64,000 bases of DNA from Amphiscolops sp. MND2022 (GCA_964187785.1 OZ076413.1:42472001-42536000), one strand, 5' to 3'. Positions 1 to 11,349 are shown, counted from the first letter of the stretch. Made by a program: numbers and translations. The notes: generated by a model from the letters alone, not told the origin.

Positions 1-195
1 TTTGTTTGATGGCCTCGATGGTACAAAAGCCTTTAATTACGCTCAATGACCACAATCCGCATTTTCTGATTACACTGTGCATCAAAATTCACGATGAACA
101 CTGTTTGACTAGAATACGGTTCGTTCTCGTTTTACGGAAAATACACTTTACACTTGATGATAAATTCCACTTTTGCGGCATATGTATCGTATTGA

Positions 196-477
196 GGTCA
201 ACTGGACTTCCTGTACGAAAAAGCGGGGTATCACCATTGGGTAGGAGCACGAACGATAGACAACAAGGCAACATGGATTGACATGAATAACAGAGAGATA
301 CCGGCTTCCCTCCTACCTTGGGATCCTGATAATGGCTGGGCCGATGGTCAATTCTGGGTAGCAAATTGGTGGAAAAGAAGAACCAATTACTTGAATGATG
401 GGTATGATACCGATGAGATTGCGTCTGTGTGTGATATGTTGGAGAAAGACACAGAAAGCTTCAACCCTAATTTGTGA
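196..477 (+). CDS. C-type lectin-like domain, C-terminal exon or pseudogene fragment
   Basis: The frame of ORF 283..477 extends upstream to a TGA at 193-195 and reads QLDFLYEKAGYHHWVGARTIDNKATWIDMN...LPWDPDNG...YLNDG...ASVCDM. This resembles the CTLD pattern (E.xFL, WxG, WxD, W..xP.N, ND, terminal xCE), but some cysteines are missing. Confidence 0.45.
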   Translation, partial: GQLDFLYEKAGYHHWVGARTIDNKATWIDMNNREIPASLLPWDPDNGWADGQFWVANWWKRRTNYLNDGYDTDEIASVCDMLEKDTESFNPNL

Positions 478-699
478 TTTTTTCATTTTTTTATTTTCCG
501 TCCCACATTTTAAATGGGGAGGAAAATCATCATCTGTGTTGCGTTTTTTTCCAAACTTTGCCAAAATTCCACTTTGTAGTATTCCACTTCCTACTCAGTC
601 TCCCTACTCAGCCATACTGACACTATAATGTATATATCCTGTACTATCCAGCTATACTATACTGATAGCCTAGTACGATGGAATAATATCTAAAGTAAA

Positions 700-812
700 A
701 TGGGTATAAGATCTAAAGGGTATAAGATCTACAATTTCAGGACGGGAATAAGATGTAAAAGGAATAAGATCTAAAATCACTAAATTTTAGATCTTTTTCT
801 TTAGATCCTATT
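700..812. repeat. Short tandem/inverted repeats of GG(T/A)ATAAGATCT
   Basis: About four direct copies between 702 and 772, followed by inverted agatct/tagatcc segments. Confidence 0.6.
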
Positions 813-857
813 CCCCTCCCAAAATAGCTATGGCTCATTGGTGAAGGCGAAAAGAGA

Positions 858-890
858 GGAAAATATCCCGGTGCTTAGCGGGCGTCTTGT
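858..890 (+). repeat. Dispersed repeat end with GC hairpin (Helitron-like 3' terminus), copy 1
   Basis: ggaaaatatcccggtgcttagcgggcgtcttgt is nearly identical to 51777-51809; cccg...cggg hairpin followed by CTTG|T. Confidence 0.45.
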
Positions 891-919
891 ATAACTGTTT
901 TTTCTTAATGATGAATGAT

Positions 920-1335
920 TGTAACGACCGGCTAGCGACGCACATCTAGGAAGAGGGACAATGCCTAGGATGCTTGAACAGGAGACCGTTGTCTTACTAC
1001 ATACCTAAACACTAGTTTTTGGTCCCAAAATGGTCTCCTAGGGGGACTTTTCTGACGTCTAAGGAGGCTTCTCAAATTAGAGCTCCGAAGCGACGCGCCG
1101 GCACTCTCAGTGTCCGGACACGCCCCACAAGCCTGTAAAAACGTTCCCTAAGGTTTCTAGTGCGTTCCTACGAGTTCCTACATGCTTCCGAGGTCAAAAA
1201 CGGTGATCAGCTGGAAAACATAGTATTTGGCAAATAAGATATAAAAAGACCTAGAAGGTCAAACATCTTCCAAGTACCAAAAGGGAAATATGGAAATAAT
1301 AAGGGAAAGCGGGGATAAGCCCCAGTTACTTTACA
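920..1335 (-). repeat. 3' LTR of the Gypsy element (inner boundary uncertain: 1289 by homology, 1335 by TGTAA...TTACA termini)
   Basis: Begins tgtaacgaccgg at 920; about 9 mismatches against the right copy over 370 bp by eye; ttaca at 1331-1335. Confidence 0.8.
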
Positions 1336-2189
1336 GTTTTCAGTCCATCATTCATATTTTGCCTCTGCCAGGGCTCTGCAGATGTTGTTGATTTCCCAAG
1401 GAGATGGCACAACATTCCGATAATCTCTCTGCTGATGTTTCTTCATCATCTGGCAATTCTTCATCTTTTTCTGCAACTTTTTCACACGTGCTCTGTTTCT
1501 TGCTCGCTCTCCGCGTGTTTTCTTTTTTCTTCATGCTCTTTTGTTCCTGCTAGGTCGGCCATCTTTTTTCTTCTGTTTTGACATCGCACATTTCGAATTT
1601 TTCATCGAAATTTTGGTCATGCCGGTGGCAGATGTTACATCCTCCCCGGGCCGTAGTTTGTCGTCCTCGGCAAACGAGAGGATGGAAATACCCAGAGGGT
1701 GATAGCAATGCTGAGAGTTTTTTGAATACTTTAGGAAGGTTTCGTTTTTTCTTACTTGTTTTCTTTCAACCTCCAAATTTCCTTGTTATCTCCTCGTACT
1801 AATATCAGTCGGTCTTACGACAACTTAAAAATTTTCTTGACAAAACTAAAATTATGGCAGACGGTTTCAAAAATTACATGCATTTCCACGAACTTAGGTT
1901 AAAATCTTTTTTCTAGAAGGTGCTCTGGCACTTCTCGGGGTAACAAAATTCGGGTCTTGGTAACAATGGTCAATTACCGAATTGAATAGTGTGGGAACTG
2001 GCTCAGGGCCCACCCACATAGCATAGTTTAACTAAAATTTTAAGCATATAATGAGTATTGCTCAGGAATTCAGTATCTTAGCACCAACAAAAATGAAATG
2101 GTCTAGGACCATTAGGAAGAGGTTGTGTCCATTTGAGGGTAAGCTCTGGTTCTCATTTGGTAGACGGGTCAGCGTCGGTTGTTGCTCCT

Positions 2190-5100
2190 TTACTCATCAT
2201 TTTGGCTCTGTTGCGAGTCCGAAACGGATGATGTTACTGCTGATTGCTGATTCATTGACGATTCCGCCACCAAGGGAGGATATTGCATTGAGTCGTCGAT
2301 GGTGAGTAAGTTATTCAATTCTGATTCAATATCAGCAGCGTCCATTTGCGATATTCCCGTCTCGGGTTCATCTTGGGTAGGGGTTGTGCCATCGGACAGA
2401 GTGAAATTATCGTCCGTCATGGGTTCATCGTGGGTTTCTGTGGCAATGGATAGATTCTCCTGGTCTTCCTCTATTCGAGTCTCAGTTCCTTCCAAGGGTA
2501 ACCCACTGGGTATTGTTTGCTGTGAGCTGCCAGGGGCAGTCGTATTTGTTACACTATTTTGTTCGGTGGTATTTCCCTGTGGGAAGTCGGGTAGCTTGTC
2601 GGCCAATTCTGGGTGCCCATACTGTACGAACAAATTTTTGAAAGTCTGAATTCCGCGTGCATAGTCTTCGCCAACAGAATCTCCTCGTTCCCTTTGTTTG
2701 TTGTGCAGATTTGAGAATATCTCCAGCGCGGCGCGCGGATTGTTTGGGACATCTGTACTGATTGGTAAGGCTTTTCTATTCGGTTCTTTTGCCACTGAGG
2801 GCGTCTTTGCCTTCATGCGCTGAGATGTCTGGTGAACTGCAAAATCCACCAAGTCTGGTTTTGACCAGCATGTCGTTGCTTCTAGTATATGGGATGGGTG
2901 TGCGCGGGGATTGGTTCGATCACAGTACATCCTTGAAATGTCACATACATAAGTATATCGTAACCCACTTGGTTTTTCGCCTCGCCTTCTGCCGCCCAAT
3001 CTCTGAATTACAGTGGTCAAGATCCTCAAGATCACTTCTGTGTTCCAGTCTGCAAGGGAATGCTCTGATCCTGTTGCTGGGTTCAGAGGGATATGTAGCC
3101 ATGCAATTGGATGGAATTCCATTGGCATCGGGAGGGCGCCTCGCGCACGTGCTCTTATGATAGACGTGAAATTGTGTTCTACCTGCTTTTTGTCTTTGAT
3201 GATCGTGTAGGCCATGGGCGGTCGTAGAGAATTGAAGTTGGCTACTACTCCGCGGTAGGTGGGCTCCGGTTGGGTTCCATCTGTCGTTACAAAGTGTAAT
3301 ATGGAAAAGGTGGAAGTATTCGCTGCCTTACGCAATTTTGGTTCGGGTATCTTAGTGCCATGACCGCGCCAAAGAGTGGCCAGACGATGGGAGCGATTAG
3401 AGGTCGTTAAATCCTCCGTTTCCACCAACACGAGAGTGGCCATTTGTGAGGGAAACAAGAAGCCAGGGAGTTGGTTAGGTTCTCTATTGATGGCCGGGTT
3501 TTCATCCAGAGGATGCATAATACCCGCGACATTTACCCAAGTTGAGTAGATCCACGTGAGAATGGCTTCAATGTTCAGTTCTAGTTGTTTCTTCAATCGT
3601 AGGGGACCCGCTGGGTCCAAGGCGCCTAAGATTGCTTGCAGACAGTTCTTCTGATTTTGAACATACACCAGGTAGCTGAAGAGCGGCAAGTGTCCTTTGT
3701 CGAAGATCAGCTTCTGCAGAATGCCTGAGGGTCCTCTGTAGACTGCGTGCATATCAACCGCCATTAAATAAGCCAATATTTCGCTCATGGTGGCTTTTTG
3801 CATTGCCTCCACATATAGGCGTATTTTTTGGTCATCGAGGTTGAATTCAGCTTGGACGAAACTTGGGAGCCAAAAGGGGGAGATATTGTAGAGGAATACA
3901 GGGAATGGGATTTCCAGCCGCAGGGCGACCTGATTTAGAGTTTCGCGTAAGGCTTTGTGCCAAGTTTGGTAAGTGTGGTTTGGTTCTGCTTCGTTCTGTC
4001 TTGCCAAGCCTCATGTCATTACCATCAAGAGTGTCAAGGTGAGGGACGCCATGTCGAGTTTGGCATCTGCTGCAATGGCTGCAATGGGGAACACAGTAGT
4101 GTTGGTCCGTTCTGCTTGGATCATCTCTGTTTCCTTGAAAAGAGCTAGGAGCTCTTTATGGAATTTCGGATCGTGAGTCTTTTCATCGAGGGTGGATTCG
4201 TCTCTCCTTTCAAACCAGAGGTTAACTATCAGGTGTTTTCTCTCACTTTCGTTTGGGTCAAATACTTTACGCACACCGTTTTCATCTAGGGATCTGATGG
4301 ACATTTGAATCCCGTAGTCGTATGCGGTGGCTTCGTCTACAATAAGCTGTGAGTTGCCTTCATATCCCGTATATCCTTGAATAGCCTTGGATATATCGGC
4401 CAAGAATGCTGGGTACGACGCTTCACAGGGGCGCCACGTAGTTACGTTGATCCTTAAGTTCGGAGCAACGATGTAGAAGTGCAAGTCTCTTGCATAGGAT
4501 GCTTCCAGCACCAAGTACAAGAATTGTTGCAACGCTCTCGGGAGATAAACACATCCAGGGGGTGACACGAAGACTGTTCCTGTGTTTGGTTTCTTATTTT
4601 TCATCATTGTGGCAATATGGGACATTATTTCTACGTACGCGGTGACTTCGTCAGTGACAAATCTTTCAGTGAATCGAGTGCTCAGCGTATCGAAGTGTCG
4701 CAATGATCCTCGCAGGGCAAGGTGGTCGATTACGTTCGAGTATACCAGGATTGGTGGAAGAGGTATTGTTTCTGCTGCCGCTGGTGTGAACATTTTGTCG
4801 GTTACCTCTGCCATTTCATTGAGTGTGGTGCAGGGCATGTTCATTAGTCTAACATCTATCAGAGTATTGTTAGAATTGTACGATGATTTGATGGTCGAGT
4901 CTACGAAGAGAGCGATTCTGGTTTTTTGCAATAGGTCTTTTCCCATTGGCAGCAGGGTGATGGGGTTCCTTGCATAGTTTTTTGATTGTAGATGACTTCC
5001 TCTGAATCTGCCGGGTCTCTGGCGAGCTAGTCGCTCGTTGGTTGCTTGGAGCGGTTGTAGGTACGTTGAGTTACTGTTCTGCAACTCTCTCCTGAGACGC

Positions 5101-6338
5101 TTGAACCATGGCGGGACTCCTCCATCATTGGTGAATATCGGTGGCTTAACTGGTCTGTTGTAAACTACTCCAATGTTTGCCTTCTCTATAATTCGCTGAG
5201 TGGTTTGGTCCCCTTTGCTATTAGCGCTCGCAAATTTCTGTCTTGGGGGATTTTCTTCATCAGGCATAATTGGTACTTCGCGTTGAAGACGCACTGCGTC
5301 CCTCGCCGTTATATCCAGCTGCTTCATTTCTGCCGCAGTCAGTAGCTCTCTTGCGACCTTTTGCCTCCTGGCCTCTGGTTGGCTAGGGGATGGGTCTGGA
5401 ATTCCCTTGTTTGATCTTGAGCTATATTGCCAGTCTTGTTCTCTAGCTCTCTTGGTTGCGTTCAACTTGTCGCGAAGGTCTATTGGAGTATTGTTGGCCT
5501 TTCTTTCCTCTCGCTGCTCTTCTCTTTGCCGTTCATGCAGTTTTGGATCTTTTTGTAATCCTATCAGTCTGCTGGGTTCGTTTCGAGCAGGTTGGGTGTT
5601 GGAGGTGGAGGGAGTTAGTTCTTCATCTGAATCTTGGAACGTGACCTTTCTCGTCGGGCGAGTTTCTTTGGCTTGTTCTTGTGTTGTTACTTGGTTGCAT
5701 TCGTTGGGGCTTACTTGCACCCCTCCCCCCTGAAAGGTGGAAGGAAGCATGAAGCCAGAAGTAGATGGAGTGAGCGAGCTGACACCTAAGGATGCCAGAG
5801 GCATAGGTGGTGTGGGGATTGGAGGTGGCATTAAGGGTAGGATGCAGCTGAAGGTTGTAGTTTCGATGGGTGGAAGCTAAATCATGGTTTGTGGTGGGGT
5901 TGGCTGTGGTGCTTGGAACAAAGGTTGAATCGTTGGGGGAGAGATTCTGAATGATCGTTCCTGATCCATTGGAGGCCTTTCAGGTTCTCCATAGAGCATG
6001 TGGGAGCGAGGGTCAATAAGATTATGAGTTAAGTCATAACCATGCCAAACGCCATCGCGGAAGGTAGCGGAACGCTCAAGCGGCCCGATGCTACTCGTGA
6101 TGGTTAACAGGACTTCTGGGTGCACAGCTTGAGCTTGCATCTGTGTTACGATCATGGCAAAGCCAGCGACCATGGTGGGGGTGGCCCCATCTTGTAAAGC
6201 TTGTTGGACTAAGGCTAGTTGGTCGATTCGACCATTAACCTCGCCCACTGGTGGAAGAGTGTTAGTAGGAGGCATACGAGGTTGGGGAGCCTGTTGGCTG
6301 CTGGGTGCAGGCATGCGGTTGCGTGATGAAGAGTCCAT
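2190..6338 (-). pseudogene. Gypsy ORF3 (~1380 codons): Pro/Gln-rich N-terminus, central SGNH/GDSL-like domain, acidic tail; broken by two in-frame stops
   Basis: ORFs 5877..6512, 4011..5831 and 2190..4007 are in the same frame, separated only by TAG (5877-5879) and TGA (4011-4013). Likely start is MDSSS at 6338. Motifs RIALFVDS / MPCTTLNEM / ILVYSNVIDHL / KKPNTGTVFVSPPG lie at ~4550-4920. Confidence 0.7.
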
Positions 6339-6680
6339 TGATAGCACTGATAGGGAATAGGGTGATATCGATGAAAATGAGTGATGGTGCAATTTAGGAA
6401 AGCTGCGCAAGGGCGAAGCAACAGGATAAAACTGAAAAGCAAGTTGCACATGAATAGAGAGAAGTTTCATAGGGTATATCAAAAGCGTTAAGAAGGGAAT
6501 ACAAAAGGTCAAAACTTAAAAATAGAGAGTAAGTGTTAAGAAGACTTGTAGCTTAATAGAGTGCAGTCATTAAAAATCCTACGGACTAGTTCGCACGTAT
6601 CGAGGAAGTCAACAAGGAAAGTTGGATGGTTTTTCAGAAGAATAAGGAGGGTGGGCCTCTGGCCCTGCAGTTATGAGGAT

Positions 6681-7870
6681 TCAACCAGCAGTGATGTCAA
6701 TAGAAGAAATTGATGCGATTGAAACGTAGACTCTATCGTGGAGTACTTTTTCTAGATTCGACCCGAAAAAGTGGTCTCGGAGTGTGGCGTGCCAAGTTGG
6801 TAGGAGATTGATCGATCGTTCGGGGTCATAGATGGGTATATGAATTTGGGAAATTCCGTGTTGATGGAGTTGGTGTCTGAGGTGGTTGAGGCATGTATGT
6901 AGGGTTTCGTGTAGGAGTGGGTGCTTGTTGGAGGCTCTGGTGCATAAGAGGAAAATTTGATTGTTCCAGGGTGCCGTGTGGGAATATTGCAAGCAAATGG
7001 CCATGCCAACCGGAGGTTGTAAACGGAAGATGGTTTCTTGTCCATATTCGCGAATGATATATCGAATAGTCGCCGATTGGGATTGGAGGTCTGCGGGACA
7101 ACACAACACTAGTGTGCCAGAGGCTTGTAGAATATCCGTGTCAGAGTAAGTAATCCATGGCACGTGGCTTGGACGAACTTTCGGTTGTGATACGAGCCAT
7201 TTTCCAGTTTCCTCTGCATGATTCTCTAAGGGGTTCGACATCAAGTGTCCAAAAACTGCTTTGCGATCTTCCCATATTGTACGATGCAGGGGGCGGTTAC
7301 CCATATGTATGCACGACCAGGTGTGCACTACGGAAAAAGCTTCTAAGGGAGAGATGGGAGTTTCGGGTGTGTATGTTAATTGGTCGAGAATGCAAATCTT
7401 CGTTTGTCTGCAAAATATAATGGCTATCAGTTGCAGCCAGTGTTGGCTCAAGAATTTGCCGCGGTAAATGTCGGCGAGATGAAAACATAGGGTGTCGCTT
7501 GTCTCTACAAGGGTGCGTAGATTCTCTAGGCACAGTAATAATGTAGTCGGTGAGACCAATGAGGAGTCGTCGAGGGAAGTGACTAGGAGCCACCATCCTG
7601 TGGATGGTTGATATACGTCACCCGGAGGGGAAGTGATGTGATATTTCTTCCATAGTTGGTTGGCGGTGATGCAGCGAATCATTTGGGGGTTGTTGCAGGT
7701 ATCGTCTAGCTCGCCGAATAAGAATGAGGGTGGTAAAGGAGGAATGGTTGCGGCTAATTTGAATTCAAGTCCACCCTTTTCATCAGTTGTTCATTCTTTG
7801 AAGCGATACGTTGGACAATTAGAAGGGGAGAATTTATGCATTTCTTTCAGGGTGGATTCTAGAGGTGGTA
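6681..7870 (-). pseudogene. C-terminal Pol extension with TARG1/OARD1(Poa1p)-like macrodomain(s)
   Basis: aa ~177-315 of ORF 6681..7682 (ITYSDTDIL..LVLCCPAD..G..IFLLCTR..K..ETLHTCL.HL.HQL.QHGISQIHIP..W..L.DHF.GSNL) follow the TARG1 pattern. The frame runs upstream through one TGA (7791-7793) to ~7870, one frameshift away from the integrase ORF. Confidence 0.65.
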
Positions 7871-10438
7871 TTCAGATTCGGTGCTTGTAAAAGTCTTCTC
7901 AATTGTTAAGATGATGTGCCGGATGGTTGGCGTGGTTTTGGGTTTTTGTAGCTTTGCTCGTATCTTCAAGATTTCGTGTTGTGGATGGTTTGCCGTTTGT
8001 GCTAAGATGATTTCGCAAGCCGGAATCGTCGCTCCCCGGGCCAGTCGCTGATTCGGGGGTTCCGTTGTGACTAGCTGGACGCAACTACAGTCACGGGAAC
8101 CACAGGTTCCGCATCTATATTTTGGCGCTCTGTTGGCTCGGAGTTGATAGCGTGGTGCTTGTCTGGAAGTATCATCTAGGTGGTTTGGTTGGGTAGGGGT
8201 TGAACTCTCAGGAATCTGCGGGAGAGTCATGGCTCTATCAAGCGTTCTGGGTGTGGTCCTGGAGGAAAATCGGGTTCTTGGGCCTCTTTTGTGCCGTGTG
8301 GTTGGTCTCCGGAAAGACGTAGTAGTTCCGCTTGATGACTTGGGTAGTTGGTTTCGGCGACCGGGGAGTCTGCCTCGAGGTCGACCTCTCCTGTTGGTAG
8401 TCGTGGGTGGTGGGTTTTGACTCGTGATCTGGTTGTCGGGTCCGACATTATGTTCTTGTGGTTCAGTGGTTTGGATTGGATCAGTCGGTTCGTTGGGATC
8501 TTTTGTTTGTTGGTTAAATAGGGGGTAGTTGCTTAAGGTATCCGTGAGTGAGGGGTTAGATAGTAATGGAGCTGAAGTTCCAGAGGGCGATGGTATTAAG
8601 CTTTCGGTGAGCGTTGGTGGTAGTATTTCCTCCTGATCAGAAAATAGTGGTTCTAGATCGTCGACTTCGGGGAATACTACCTGGGAGGGAGAGGTCATGG
8701 GAGGAGGTCCGGGCGCTTCGGCCTCAGAGTCTGATTCGAATGGGTATCCGAAGTGGCTGAATCTCCTGCGCGGGACCCCTTGTTCTAGGGCAGTTTGAGT
8801 ACGTGTCTGGATGGTACGAGGAGGGACCGGTCTTGTAGGTTCCAATTCGAACGATGCCTCAGAGAGTTGTTCAGATAGGAAGGAGTCTCTAGAGATATCG
8901 GAGGTAATTTCTTCGTTAGTGTCTTCCACGTATGGATCAGCGATGATAGCTACATTTTGGTCCGGTCCAAAAGGTTGGTAAGTAGTCAAGTCCCAGGGGG
9001 CTGGTACGTGTTTCTTTAGTCTCTCGTAGTGAACTTTTTGACCCGTGTCGAGTACGTAGAGACGTCCATCTTGTAGGACATCGGTGACTTTGTGGGGTCC
9101 GCGCCAAGCGCGTATAAGCTTGCGAGTACCACCTTTGGGTATTATGTGACAAAATACCCAGACAGCGTCGCCGACTGCATGCGCTTTTGCTTTTAGGTGG
9201 CGGTCGAACTTTAGCTTTTGTCGAAGCTGAGCTTGATGAGTGTTTCTTCGAACCAATTCATGGATTTCTCGTTGCCTGGCCAACAGGTGTTCCACGAACT
9301 CTTCTTTGGAATCAGAGCCTCGCGCTGTGAACTCTGGGTATATAAATGATAGTGGGATAGATTTTTCTGCGCCATGATGGAGCATGTAGGGTGAAAACCC
9401 TGTAGTGGCGTGTCGGGTGGAATTATATGCGCCTAGGACTCCATCAATATATTCATCCCAGTCTTGCATTCTGCGCGATGTGTAGACTCGGAGCAAAGTG
9501 AGCAAAGTTCGATTCTGTCGCTCCACGAGTCCGTTCCTTCTGGGGTGTGCTGGGGTAGATGTAACTTTGGTGACTTGAGAGTCTTTCATAAGTTCCTGGG
9601 CGATCTCAGCGGTGAAGTTAATCGCATTGTCTGATTGCATCATAGCAGGAGTGCCATGTCTGGCAAACCATTTATTTAGGATAATTTTTGCTGTGGTTTG
9701 CGCGTCATGTTCGTCGTGAGCGCATGGGACTGCTTCCGCAAATTTGGTAAAATGATCTATTATTACCAAAGGGCCGGTGTTGCCTGAGTCGGTTTTGCAG
9801 AGCTTCAAATGATCGAATTGAACCAGGTCGTTGAAAATGCTACTATTGATGCTCTGCAGGGGGTAGCAAGGATTTCCCGCTGGGTGCTTTGCTTGTTGGC
9901 AGGTTAAGCATTGCTTGATGTGGTTTATCACGTCCCTTTTGATCCACGGCCAAGTGTGTCGTTCTTGTATTCTGGCCAGCACTTTTCCCACGCCATGATG
10001 TCCCGATTCATCGTGCACTCGGTACAAGATTTCGTGTTGGAAAAGTTGCGGCATGATTATCATGCAAGGGCGTACGTGGAGAGCACGTTGTTGAGGAACG
10101 TAATTGACGCAGAGTATGTCGTCAGGTTTTAAGAAGAGCAGATCCTTCTTTTGATGGTAATACCTCTTGGCGAAGTCTTGTATTTCATCTGGGAACATTG
10201 GATCTTCTAAGGGCTCATTCTTCATGAGTTTCTTCAGTGCCAAGAGATGTACGTCTCTATTCTGAGCCATGTGTAGGTCTCGGAGGCCATATTTGGTTAG
10301 GTGGTGTTCGTGCAATTCTGCTTCGATGGTTCTTAAAACGTCTGCTTGTTTTTGACATTCGACAGGGAGTGCCCCTAGAGTTGGATCGGGTTTAGTGGTG
10401 TCTATTCGTGCCGGAGGCACTCTTGTGGTTATGCTCAA
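7859..10438 (-). CDS. pol: Gypsy Pol: integrase (HHCC Zn-binding, DDE core, GPY/F-like WRGPH) with long low-complexity C-terminal tail
   Basis: HDESGHHG...CLTCQ, FDHL, IIDHFTKF, QSDN, NGLVERQN, YNST.H.TTGFSP; tail contains RGRPRGR and CGTCGSRDCSC. Confidence 0.93.
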   Translation of the reverse strand: MSITTRVPPARIDTTKPDPTLGALPVECQKQADVLRTIEAELHEHHLTKYGLRDLHMAQNRDVHLLALKKLMKNEPLEDPMFPDEIQDFAKRYYHQKKDLLFLKPDDILCVNYVPQQRALHVRPCMIIMPQLFQHEILYRVHDESGHHGVGKVLARIQERHTWPWIKRDVINHIKQCLTCQQAKHPAGNPCYPLQSINSSIFNDLVQFDHLKLCKTDSGNTGPLVIIDHFTKFAEAVPCAHDEHDAQTTAKIILNKWFARHGTPAMMQSDNAINFTAEIAQELMKDSQVTKVTSTPAHPRRNGLVERQNRTLLTLLRVYTSRRMQDWDEYIDGVLGAYNSTRHATTGFSPYMLHHGAEKSIPLSFIYPEFTARGSDSKEEFVEHLLARQREIHELVRRNTHQAQLRQKLKFDRHLKAKAHAVGDAVWVFCHIIPKGGTRKLIRAWRGPHKVTDVLQDGRLYVLDTGQKVHYERLKKHVPAPWDLTTYQPFGPDQNVAIIADPYVEDTNEEITSDISRDSFLSEQLSEASFELEPTRPVPPRTIQTRTQTALEQGVPRRRFSHFGYPFESDSEAEAPGPPPMTSPSQVVFPEVDDLEPLFSDQEEILPPTLTESLIPSPSGTSAPLLSNPSLTDTLSNYPLFNQQTKDPNEPTDPIQTTEPQEHNVGPDNQITSQNPPPTTTNRRGRPRGRLPGRRNQLPKSSSGTTTSFRRPTTRHKRGPRTRFSSRTTPRTLDRAMTLPQIPESSTPTQPNHLDDTSRQAPRYQLRANRAPKYRCGTCGSRDCSCVQLVTTEPPNQRLARGATIPACEIILAQTANHPQHEILKIRAKLQKPKTTPTIRHIILTIEKTFTSTESEYHL

Positions 10439-11346
10439 AATTCGATTAGGTCGTTCGTTTTCTTCAAGAGTCGGTGTGGTTTCCCATTGATTTTCGGGAT
10501 ACCAGGGGGTATCCCCTGTTGGCTTTTCGTGCTGTTTTCTCTTTCGTTTCTTCTGAAGAATGTATAACAGGGGTGTTGAGCTCGAGCATCTGGAGGGAGT
10601 TTTGGGTGGTCTGGAATTAGATGACCACGTTTGTCGAAGTATGGGACTGTGGGGAGTTCGTCGTAGTCTTTTTGTGACATGAAATTGAATCCTTCGCTTA
10701 CCTCTGGTAGCTTTTCAAGGATTTGTTCGCGATTAAAATAGTCGTTGGTGCGCTTGCTGAGTCCATCGATATTTCGGTGTTGCGTGCGCGGTCTGTGGAT
10801 CGTTTTGAAATGATATTGGTCTAGACGTGCGATCCAACGGCCAATCATGGCTTGGTCCATGGAGTAGGTTTTGAGCCATGACAGGGCTTGGTTGTCTACG
10901 CGAAGCGTAAACTCTCTACCTGCTAGGTATGAGTGGAATTTCTCCACGAAGTAAAACACTGCATACATTTCCAGCTTGGGGGCACCATAGTTCAGTTGGG
11001 TCTTGATCAGTGATTTACTGCCGTATACTATTGGTCTCAGGATAGTTTTGCCATTGTATTCTTGTTTTTGATGTAGAATACCTGCGATTGCTACCGTGCT
11101 AGCGTCTGTATCTAGCACGAACCGTCCTTGTTCATTCGGTGCAGCTAGAGTGGTAGCGTCGGATAGGGCTTGTTTCACCGAGTCGAAAGCTTCCTGGTGT
11201 CTTTCTTTCCAACAGAAGTGTTGATTCTTCTTTAGCAATTCCTGCATGGGTTGCACCTTGGCGGCGTGGAATGGGACGAAATCGCGATAGTAGTTGGCGA
11301 ATCCTAGGAAGCTTTGGAGTTCTTCTTTGTTCCTTGGTGGCAACAA
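10435..11346 (-). CDS. pol: Gypsy Pol: RT thumb/connection and RNase H
   Basis: LQSFLGFANYYRDF, LDTDAS, LEMYAV, VDNQAL, RWIARL, NIDGLS; in frame with the RT ORF across a TGA at 11350-11352. Confidence 0.93.
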   Translation of the reverse strand: MLPPRNKEELQSFLGFANYYRDFVPFHAAKVQPMQELLKKNQHFCWKERHQEAFDSVKQALSDATTLAAPNEQGRFVLDTDASTVAIAGILHQKQEYNGKTILRPIVYGSKSLIKTQLNYGAPKLEMYAVFYFVEKFHSYLAGREFTLRVDNQALSWLKTYSMDQAMIGRWIARLDQYHFKTIHRPRTQHRNIDGLSKRTNDYFNREQILEKLPEVSEGFNFMSQKDYDELPTVPYFDKRGHLIPDHPKLPPDARAQHPCYTFFRRNERENSTKSQQGIPPGIPKINGKPHRLLKKTNDLIEF

Positions 11347-11349
11347 CTC

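Noticed and set aside
2190..6338. env gene call for ORF3
   Set aside because: No visible signal peptide, fusion-peptide pattern or C-terminal transmembrane anchor.
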